The notes under the pieces are model-generated. The model saw only the letters and a program-made list of their open reading frames with translations. It ran no database searches and was not told the DNA's origin. Below, in pieces: positions 1 to 10,800 of a stretch of DNA of 64,000 nucleotides. Made by a program: the position numbers and the translations under genes. The DNA comes from a virus. Position 1 is the stretch's first letter; every line of letters starts with the position of its first letter. The DNA lies in IMG/VR virus record IMGVR_UViG_3300009597_000014, positions 10,835-74,834 of that record; one strand, 5' to 3'.

Positions 1-2
1 AA

Positions 3-1793
3 CGACTCAATGGTCTTCGTGAGAGTTTTTATGCTTCTGCTCAACAAGCTCGAACAGAAGAAAAAAATGCTTATGATACTAATCGAGAAAAACGTAGACG
101 AGGTGGAACAGCACGAGAAGAAGATATAAAACTTGAAACAGATATTATAACAGCAGAACAAGGGTTAGAAACAGCTGAATCAGATGCTGTTACTAAAGCT
201 CTTGAACGTGCAGGTAAAGCAGAGAGCAACGAAGCTGCAGCATTTGTTTTAGAAAATAAGGAAAAAATCCTTAAGGGTTACCCAACTCCTCGAGAAATGT
301 TGTTGGCCGTTGATGCCCTTCCTGGTTCTACGCTAGGTAAAGCTGCATTAAAAGATGCCATAAAACAGGCAGAAACATCTATTCCCAATATGACTCCAGA
401 AGAGCTGGAGATTTTTAATTATGAAAGAAATCCCAATGCTCCTAGAGGACAACGTACTCGAACAGATGCAACTACTTTTGCGGGTGGATTTACTGATTTA
501 ATAACTGCTACGGAAAGTGGTCGTGGTGGTTATCGAGCTATGTACGGGCAAGCTCAGGATGACCCTAATAGTGAATATAATGGTCTTGATATTAGAACGA
601 TGTCAATTGCTCAGCTTGATAATCTAGCCAATGATGGTGGTTATAAAGCTTGGGTTGCTGCTCGTAATAACGGTGTTGAAGCCAGTCCATTTGGAAAATA
701 CCAAATCGTTAATAATACATTACAGGAAGCAGCTCGTGAATTAGGCTTGGATCCAAACACCAAGTTCGATGAAGCCACTCAGGATATGATCTTTAAACAT
801 CTCCTGGATAAACGGCTTGGTAGTGGACGAGGTGATATAAATGCTACATTAAAAGGTGTCCGTCAAGAATGGGAAGGTCTTAAGCGTGTCGATGACCAGA
901 CTCTGCTTAAAGCTATCCAGGATTACCAATCAGGTGCTGTTGCCCGAGACAGGATTGGTCCTCAAGGCAACCAGGCTCTTGATGCAGGTTTGAGTCTGGC
1001 CCTACAAGGCATTGGTGCTGGTAAGACTTATCCAATTGATGAGACTCGTGGTGAGGCAGCTACGAAATTTATTCAGGAAATCGTTGCCGATCCAGGACCC
1101 ATCGATCCTCAAAAGTGGGATATCGTAACTGATATCGTAGCTGAAGCAGATAATAGAGCAACTGCCCAAAATCAGAAATTGATGGCCGATAATATATTTG
1201 GTGGTAATATCCCTGGTTTGATGGCTGCTATTCAAGATCCTGCAAATCAAAACTTACTTTCATCTGCTGTAGCTAAACAATTAAAGGCTGCATACCCTGA
1301 TATGGATGAAGGAAATCTGACAACTGATCTTAATACTCTTTCTAAAGAATCTGGTCTTCAGCCTGGTATAGTAGCAGCCTTTATGTTGGCAGCTCCACAG
1401 GAAAATATGTGGCTTTTGTCAGATGCTGCTGGTATTCAGGATCCACGTAAAGTTAATATGGATGCAGTTAGAGATTTAATGAAAGAATTTGTTACACCCG
1501 GAGCAAGTTCTGGTGAAAATACAGCTGGAATAATGGCTCAGCTTGAACAGATCCGTGCCAAGACTGCGGCCAGTGGTGAACTTGCAGCTGTTCAACAAAG
1601 AGTCAGACAAGCTACTGCAGATCTGGCTCAGGCATCTTATCGTATAGCTCAGGGTGAAACACAACTCTCTGATAAAGCAGCAAAAATAAGACTTGAACAG
1701 GCTCTTGCAGCACAAGATGAATTAATTAAACGTATTGATGCTTCTTCAATATATAGTGCTCAGGGAGCTGGAGTAGGCGCCCAAGCACAATAA
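3..1793 (+). CDS. Virion (ejected) protein with lambda-R/GH24-like lysozyme/transglycosylase domain; 5'-truncated by window edge
   Basis: Frame is open from nt 3, so the true start is upstream. Motifs ES..GY...YG, GKYQI...TL, FD..TQD, QEWEGL are lysozyme-like. No Cys seen. Immediately upstream of vRNAP as in N4-like phages. Confidence 0.75.
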   Translation, partial: RLNGLRESFYASAQQARTEEKNAYDTNREKRRRGGTAREEDIKLETDIITAEQGLETAESDAVTKALERAGKAESNEAAAFVLENKEKILKGYPTPREMLLAVDALPGSTLGKAALKDAIKQAETSIPNMTPEELEIFNYERNPNAPRGQRTRTDATTFAGGFTDLITATESGRGGYRAMYGQAQDDPNSEYNGLDIRTMSIAQLDNLANDGGYKAWVAARNNGVEASPFGKYQIVNNTLQEAARELGLDPNTKFDEATQDMIFKHLLDKRLGSGRGDINATLKGVRQEWEGLKRVDDQTLLKAIQDYQSGAVARDRIGPQGNQALDAGLSLALQGIGAGKTYPIDETRGEAATKFIQEIVADPGPIDPQKWDIVTDIVAEADNRATAQNQKLMADNIFGGNIPGLMAAIQDPANQNLLSSAVAKQLKAAYPDMDEGNLTTDLNTLSKESGLQPGIVAAFMLAAPQENMWLLSDAAGIQDPRKVNMDAVRDLMKEFVTPGASSGENTAGIMAQLEQIRAKTAASGELAAVQQRVRQATADLAQASYRIAQGETQLSDKAAKIRLEQALAAQDELIKRIDASSIYSAQGAGVGAQAQ

Positions 1794-1822
1794 TTAATAT
1801 TACCAAAACATATTAGAGTGTA

Positions 1823-4800
1823 ATGGCTGCTACCTCGAATACCCTTCAGAGACTTCTGGATCCAATCTCTGCAAGAGACCTGGATTTCACTGCTCGTGAC
1901 GAAGCTTACAAGCGTCAGACTATGGAATTGGTGACTACGCCCCCACCTGCACCACTCGCACGAGTGCTTGAACCAGTACCTACACCCGTATCTGAAGTTC
2001 CCAGACGGGTTACCCCGGCAGACCTTCAGGCTCTGGATCCATGGAGTGTCCCTCTGGGAGCTACTGAAGCTCCCAAGCCTCAGTTTGGTGCTCCTACTCC
2101 AGAAGACAATCCGTTCGATGTGCCTTTTCAGGCACCTGAACGTATTCTCCATCCAAGGCTGAAGCTGGAATCAGATCTACAAGAGATTCGTGATTATAGT
2201 GCTACCCCTGAAACGATAGCTCTATATACTCTTGCCAAACACAAGGGTAATGATTTCATTAAAAATAATGCTGTCATACAGGATTACGATAATCTAACTT
2301 CCGATCAATTTCGGGTAAAATACGGTACTGATGTCTATCGTAATTTGGTAGCTCTTCAGATTGCTGGTCGACCCATCACTGGTATGGCTCAGACCACTAG
2401 TGGTCTCGGTGAGACCGTGCAGGATCTGGCTGTCCATGGAGCATCCACTGTTGTCAGTGGAACTGCTGACCTGGCTGCCATGGTTCAGGCTAATAATCCA
2501 TTAAGCAAACCAGTTACCGACATGGTCGGTAAATTATTTGGTGTTGATAATCTTAATGATAAAATAGCCTTTGAGGTTTCTCAGCTGGGACATGCTGTTT
2601 CCGATGCGATGGTTTCCCATGGACAGTCGTCTACTTCTGAACAGCAGACGATCGTAGCCCATTTCCAGAATGTGGCTGATCACATCGATCAGGCTGCCAA
2701 ATACAAAAAGGATCTCCGCACCGAAGGTGAGATGGTCGCTAACCTGCGCTATGGCGGTGCTCAGGTCGTAGACGGAGCTTTGCAGCTTTATAATAATCCC
2801 AAGCACCTCGAGAACCTGACCTCTCAAGCCATTGGCTCACTCGTTACCCTTGGTCCTATGACCAAAGGCCTATCCTATGTGGGCAAAGGTCTGGCAGCTA
2901 CCAAATACGGCGCCAAGTTGGCTCCTTATGCCGAAGGAGCAGCCTTCAATACAGCCGTAGGTCTGCAAGAAGCAGGTGGTGCCTATGGTGAAGTGATCCA
3001 GCGTGTCATGGCTCTGGATCATCCGACCCTGATGAGACAGTCCGAAGGTTACCGGGATCTGATCAACCAGGGATACAGTGAAAGAGACGCCAAGGTCCAG
3101 CTGGCAATGGATGCTGCTCAGATAGCAGCACCAACTGCTTTCGGTACAGGATTTGTCACCAGCAAGCTGGCTCCAAGGGAATTCGAGCTTGGCATCCTTG
3201 GGCAGGGAGCCAAGAAGACACTGGCTCAATCGCTTAGGGCTCTACCCGGAACCGCAGCAAGAGAGTTCATCGAAGAGACTCCTCAGAGTGCAGCTGGGCA
3301 ATTCGCTGCCAACCTTGCTCTGCAACAGACCGTGGATCCGTTCCAACCTCTTGGTGAAAATGTTGCCGAGGTTGGTATCCAAGGTGGTATTGCAAGTCTT
3401 GGTGTTGGTCCGATCCTTAAGGGTCCTGGCATTATTGCCAAAACCCTCGCAGCACCAGTCAAACTTGGTTATGAGCAGCTCGCCAAGAGAGCTGGCAGGG
3501 TCAAAGCTGCAAACGAATCAAGCTCGAATGTTTCGACCGAAAACATATCAGAAGATATTCAATCAGTTGCCAAAAACTCAGGCAGTCTGGCAGAGGGTCT
3601 GCGATCGCTAGTCGAAGAAAGCGAGACAGCCAGACAGGTAGCAGAGCAAGCCAAGGACCAGACAGACCAGGTCCAGGGTGCTCTGGATCAGGTTCAGAGG
3701 AGCCAGGAACAAGACACAGGAGCGAACCCGCCAGCACCTCTGACTGACGTGGCTGCTGTTATTGATGTGAGTGAGACTGCACCTGTAATAACCACTCCTG
3801 AAGCTCGAGCTCAGGAAGCCGAGGAATTTATCCAGAAAGTTGAAACTTCAGCCACTCTTCGAAAGGAAGATATAGAAACTCTTCCCAGTCAGCTTACTAA
3901 AAAATTAACAGATCTTCAATCCAAACTGGATCAGACACTCACCCGTTTTGATGCCATGATTGAAATGGCCAAAATAGTGGAAGATCCAAATGCATCTGTG
4001 AGTGATCAGGCTTCTGCAGCTGTATTTATTGCAGATATTATTAATCAAAATAGAGACCTATTTAGTGGGGAGTTACCTGCATTTTTGCAGAATACCCCCC
4101 ATGATAATCCACATTTTAAAGCACTCATAGATACATTTAGAAATCTTCAGCGCATGGAAAAAAATCCCATGATCGCTGATGCCATACGCTTTGCTCAGGA
4201 TGAACTGAACATCCCCGATGTGGATCTAGACACGGTTGGATCTACCTCTCCAGAAGGTCTGCAGACCATCAGGAACGTGATCGGTGCAGCGACCCATGCA
4301 CCAGCCAGATTGAACGAAAACGTAGCCAACCAAGTTCTACGACAGGCTGACGAAGGCAAAGCCAAGATCAGTCCTGAAGAGCTTGCAACCATCCGAAATG
4401 CTTTGGCCTTGCAGGTTGAGGCAGCCAAGGCTCAGCCCAAGGTCGAACAGGTCGAGGTCAAACCAGGACCAGCTGCAGAGGCTTTGTCAACTCAGGCACC
4501 AACTCCTGCTGCTGCACCCAAGCCCAGAGCCAAGACGACCACACAGGATTTCGTTGCAAAGCAGATCGAGACCGAAGGAGGAGACGAGAAGCATCAGCTC
4601 TCGTTGAGGCAGCATGTCTCGGAAATCAATCGGGCTATTAAAAATAAAAAACCAAGATTAATAAAAGAGAAGATTCAAAATCTTGTTGATTTTGCCAAAT
4701 CTCAAACCAATAAAGTAATAGCCCTCAATGAATCAATTGCCAAAGGCGATGGCTCAAATGCGCCTTATCAGGCAATTAATTCCAAGGGTAAATTTTATAC

Positions 4801-7800
4801 CAACAAAACAGGTGTTGGAGTTAAATTAGGAAATCCTGGTTCCGAGAACTTTGCCCGTCAGGTTCACAAGGAAGCGACCAGCCTTGTCGATCTAGCCAAT
4901 CAGATCATCAACCAGCATCCAGAGGCCAAGATTGAACCTCTGCCGACCCCGCCTGCTTTGAATTTACCGGAGGAAGGCTCGACAACCACCCAGCAAGAGA
5001 CACCACCTTCGGCTACCACGTCGAAGACAGCAGCTACTGAACAATTGGAGCCTCCCTCCGTCCCGGCAACTGGTGGGGTACCGGGAGCCATTGATACCAC
5101 AGCTCCCACAACCCAGACCAGTGCCCCTGCCGAGCTGACTCCTGAAGAAAAAGCCGAGCAGAAAAAGCTTCAAGATCCAAAACAAACGTCTGATGACGAA
5201 TTAATTAATCGTGTAAAGTTTTTTGATAGACAGGAAAAACAAAGCAAAACAAAAACATTAAGTCCTAATGCTACCAAAAGCCTGAAAGCTATTCACGAGG
5301 AAATAGCTCGTCGTAAGGCACTCAAAATTGAACCAGTGAAGGAAGAGACTCCTCCGTCTGTCACAGAGCCCGCAACATCCGCAACAGGCCAATCCAGATT
5401 CACCCCCGAAGAGCTCAGAAGCGATCCGGAATGGGAACAGGATGAAAGCCTGAGCGATGAGATGGATCGGATTGAGAAAAAAGAAAAACTCACTCCGGAT
5501 GATGAAGCCACTATCGAGGCTCTCCAGAAAGAAATGGATCGTCGTTATGACGAAGCCATAATCCAGGAAGAGCAGGAACAAACACCACCTGTTGAACAAA
5601 TAGTTGAACAGACACCCACCAAAAAAGTAATCAAATCTAAACGTAAACCCAAAACAGTAGCTAAATCCCTCCAGGATCTAAGCATTGTCCTTGAGACAAA
5701 GCCAACCGAACCAGAAACCAAACCCAAACTTGAACCAGTCGAAGAGGCAGTCGAGGAACCTGTAGGGGCTGAACCAGAATCCATTCCTCTGGATCAGGCC
5801 TATGAGAACCTGGCCGAGAGCAGCGAAGGCAATTATTTCCTGAAGGCTTATAAGCGAGGTAAGAAAATAGGCTCCCGTCTGATGACGGTAAAAAGTCCGT
5901 TGGCTGCTATGCGGAAAGCGCTGTCAGGACAGACAGCCTTGGCTCAGTTTGCTGGTGGAGATGCCCGTCTGCCAAGGCGTCTGCCTATATGGCAGGAATT
6001 TTTAACTGATACGGCAAATAAGATTACTACTAATTTTAAAACTCGTATGTATGGCATTATCAATTCTAAAGTGGATGAGAATGGTAATCCTAAAACTTCT
6101 TTCCTGGATCTTATGGATCAAGGTAGTCCATATAATCGATATATGAATTATAAAACCATGAATCTTCTGGAGAAGGTTGATGGTGTCTATGGGCTTAACA
6201 AGCAGCTTCTAGAGTCGGGTGTCCTGGCAGCCATGGACTGGCTGCTCAATGTTCAAGACCGTACTGTCAACCACAGTGCAGAGCGACTGGCTGCTGTGCT
6301 GGGCGTAGACGAGAACCTGATTGAACAGAGAACTCTCGACGAATGGAACCGTGGCATTGGCTTGAGTGAGGCCAAGCGATCCCTGGCTCAACAGCTGAAA
6401 AAGTTCTGGGACGTACAGGACAACAAAGACGTATCCGAGACCTACGTACAGGGCGTAGCCGAGGCTATGGCTCTTGAGCTCTTGGTCGCCATGGAGCAGA
6501 CAGGCCTTCTTAAAAATGGTGAGTTTGCAGAGCCTACACTCACTGAAAAAACATATAATATGGTTTATTTTGACAGGCGGTCAGACGATGACAAAGCCCT
6601 ATTAAACAAGCTTGGTGAAGAACGTAATACGATTTCTGATTTAGCTCTGGTAGATAAGCTTCGTAGTGGGCGCAGTGTCGGTGAACCAATCACTGAGGTT
6701 CCCCAGCACCTACTGTACAATCCCAACGTCAGCACAACGAACCAGCAGAAAAAAGCAGCCGGAAACGTACAAGCCACCAGGCATATGACCAATATGCCGA
6801 TGGTCAACTTCATGCGAGCATTGGGTCTTCAGAATTATATTAATGCACTGGGAGGCAGGCTTACCGATCCCAGAGTGACTGATCCAGAGAAGACCAATAT
6901 TAATGATGCTAGGTCCAAAGCAGGTGCTAATTTACAATTAACCAACAGTTATAATGGTATGCTGGCTCAGGTTGCTGAAGTTGAAGCCTATTCTGAAAGA
7001 ACAGGTATCCCGGTCAGTGAGGTACCCACCTTCTTCGAGTATGCGGTGCTCAGTATTGGACGCCTGCAGATGCGTGGCTTATTCAATGGTCAGGCCGACA
7101 AGCTGGCACGTAATATAGTGACTCCTGTCCGGGCCAAGATCGATCTTTCTCAGCCTGGTTCCCGTAAATTTTCTGACTTCATGCAGGCCATAGGCCAGGG
7201 CCTTGGAGCCAAGCCTGAAAGCAAATCACGTAGAGCTGTAACTGCTGCAGCCTTTGAAAAACTTAAATTCTATCGACCGATAATCGATGGAATTAAGGTC
7301 CATCTTCGGGATGAAAAGAAAGGATCTCTATCTCAGGATACGATCGATGCCCTTGTCAATCTGGCTCCTGAAGACAAGCTCACAGATCATGGTCTTCAGT
7401 CCCTGCTGGATTATGCCCGCTACGAGGTTTTACGTGAATCGAACCATGGGGATCTAACCCGGTTCGAGTCATGGAATTTCCTCGAGGCCGATGGCAAGAC
7501 CAATGGCCCGATCAATGCTCTCATGCTGTGGGCAGCAGGTGCGATCACTCCCAGGTTCCTGGATCTCGTCAACAAAGGTGGCATGTTCTTTGGGGCCAAT
7601 GACAAGACCCTCGATCAGCACGGAGACACAGTTGATCTCTATAAAGCCTCCGGTAATAAAGCCTCTGAGAAAGTCGGTCAGCTTCATGCTGCCATTAGGG
7701 ATGATAACAATCCCAAGGTCCTGGCTCAATTCAATGCCTTCAGACGGATTATGACAGCCCTTAATACCAATATCGTTCTTAAGGGCGACCAGATTGAAAT

Positions 7801-10800
7801 CTCTCGCGGCTTTGTCAAGAACCCATTAACCATTACGGTTTATGGTTCTGGGGCTAATGGTATAGCTATTAAGGCCACCAAAGAATTGACTGAATTTATT
7901 TATCAGAAGCTCAGTGAATCACTTCAGACAGGTGTAGTACCAGGAGATTTAATCTATAAGGATTATCCTGATAATTCTTTCCATGATGATCTGAGTTTGC
8001 TGTTAAGCAGGACACCTGACATATCCAAAGATAAAAAATTTGGTACTTATTATTTTACCCGTCCTGTCAAGCATGTTGCATTTGACAGAAAAGGCAAACC
8101 AGGCAGTGATGAATTCCTGAAAAACTTCACATTCAGCAAGACTGAATTTGATGCCCTGCGTGACAACGTACAGTTCTTTCTGACTGACCCCATGGTCAGT
8201 GCAATCACTGATGAAGTGATGAAAGAAATTGCTCCTGTCATCGAAGCCATCCAGCAAGCGACCCAGATCCAGTCGATCGTGGTTCGTAATATGTTCAGGA
8301 ATAAAGTTTTTGCCAAACTAGCTGATAAGCAGATTAATCCAAATAAATATCCTAATTATCATAAGGGAGATTTTCTTTCTCAGAATGAACTTAATGAGAT
8401 CTTTAATTCTCTTAAACAGTTCATGGCTGTCATCGATACAGGAACCCAGCGCTATCAGATTAACTCCCATGAAAGCGCTGACGTATTTGCCAAAGCAACC
8501 ATAACATATAACGGGCAGTCATATAATATCACCATGCCGGAATCGTTTGCTCGATCCCTGTCAGGTGACATGAAGGCTCCCATCTTTATGAACACACCCA
8601 ACCTGGCTGGTGTGAAGGCTATTCCCTATCTGAACATTGGTTCAGGTGATGGCCAGATGATGCTCCATGGCATGAGCATTGATATCCACAGGAGTGATAT
8701 CTCGAGGCGTACCCTGCCTGTGTTCGACGGTCTCAATATGCCGATCGATATGATCCTGGAATACTCCCGACTCATCAATGAGTCGGTATTCAAGACCTGG
8801 ACACAAAATTCTCCAATGCGGGCAATTGCCGAGTCATTCAGGACATTTGCCGAGAACCGCCCGATCCAGCAGGTACTCGATCCTGATAATGGTTTGAACC
8901 AGACAATAGATGACACCATCCTGGAAATGTCCAAGATCGAGGGGGGTTTCAAGCCTGAAAAGCTTATCGATCAGACCAGCATGGAAATGATGATTAATGA
9001 CCTGGTCCGCAAGCTTGAGGATTTCGCAGGTGATTTGGAAGACCGCCAGCAGGTGTACCGTGAAACCACCCAATCCATAGACCAGATGTCTTCAGGCAAA
9101 GGCCCTCATAACGTCAAGGGAACTGGTGCTCTTATTCTGGTTCCAGGCATGTCAAACCAGGAGATCGCCCATGCGATGGAAGCTCGACGTATCGAGTTGT
9201 CAAACATCAGGGCTGGTCACCGCAAGACAGCGCAGACAGCACCGGCAGTTGCACTGATCCCTGCAAGCACGCCTGTAGCGCAACTCACGCCTGCCATGCA
9301 GAAGGTTCTTGCCCTTGGCACCGAGGATGTATCCGGTACCCGTGTGATCCAGGCAGACCAGCTTCCTGATGTTATTAGGGCTCTTGGTTCCACGGTTGAT
9401 TCACAATTTGCCAGACAGCTGGTTAAAGCCATTGCCAAGGAATACCGGCTGGTTTTTGGTACACCTACCCAGTTGGATAACTGGGAGCGATCCAATAATG
9501 TTGATCGTTTCCAACCTGGTTCCAACGACAATGCTATGGGTAAAATCGACCCTGTAGCAAAAGTTATTCTTATCTCGAATTTGGTCCCAGAAACCATTAT
9601 CCATGAGCTGATCCATGCAGCTACGATCGACAAGGTAAGAGCCTATTATTCAAACCCAAGATCGCTTTCTCAAGAAGACCGTGATGCCATTCGACGTATC
9701 GAAGGCTTGATGAATGAATGGTTGACACTTGATTTCACCAATAATGACGAAATCATAGTTAACGCTCATCAGATGGCACAGTCATCCATTCTGGGTTGGA
9801 TGCGTAAAGGCGTAGCCGAAAACGAACCAAATAAATATATGGCTGAAGCTATTAATGAGTTTATGGCCTGGACATTATCGAACCAGGAGCTTCGTAATAA
9901 AGCCAGGACCCTTAAAAACTCAGCCTTCAGGATTCTCAAGGACACCCTTGAGGCTCTTAAAGCCTGGTTTGGCAAGAGTCTGAGAGTACCTAACAACCTC
10001 CTGGCTCAGCTGCAGTTCAACACCCGGATCCTGATTTCAACACCAACCGATCTGGACAATCTTAAGACCGATGCCAACTCGGTGACCCTATTTCAGTCGC
10101 CTACTTTTGGTAACAGCGATCGGCTGACCTATTTCAGAGAACGATTTAAGGAAAAAATCCTTACCTATATAAACGAAGGTGATCCTAATACCCTCGAAGG
10201 CTATCGCCAACGCTACCAGCGTTCCAACGAGATCCGGGCTGCCAGACAGGCAAGCCGGGATCTGACGATAGGCTTTGTCAGACAATTTGGTGATCTGAGA
10301 ACCATGCAGGCATGGGCCACCTTTTATGAGATGCAGGTAGGCCTGATGACCGAGCTGCAGCTTAATCCCAATTCACTGGCTCGCATGCAGGAACTCTATG
10401 ACCACGTCATCTCCAAGCTGGAAGTGACAGATTTCCGAATCAACAACGATCCTAATGATCAGGCCGACGAGGCACAGGCCCAAGGCAAATACGATGCAAT
10501 TCATGGTCTGCTGGTCAAGAAGACCGATCCCTATGGACGTAGTTCCCTGTTGAGCTCCTTCGTTTCATTGGCCATGAGCTCTGACATTTTCAGGGGAGTC
10601 CTTGCCAAGATCGACAAGCCCCCGACTGACAAAAGCACCACGACCAACACCATGGATCGGATCCTCGAGGACGCAGGCAACGCTTCCATTGATTGGCTTT
10701 CCCTGATGGCATCGGGTGAGAAATCCAAGGCCCATAATGTCCAGGAAGCGATGGACAATCTGGCGTCTGCAATGATCGAGAACGTAGGCGATCAACGCTC

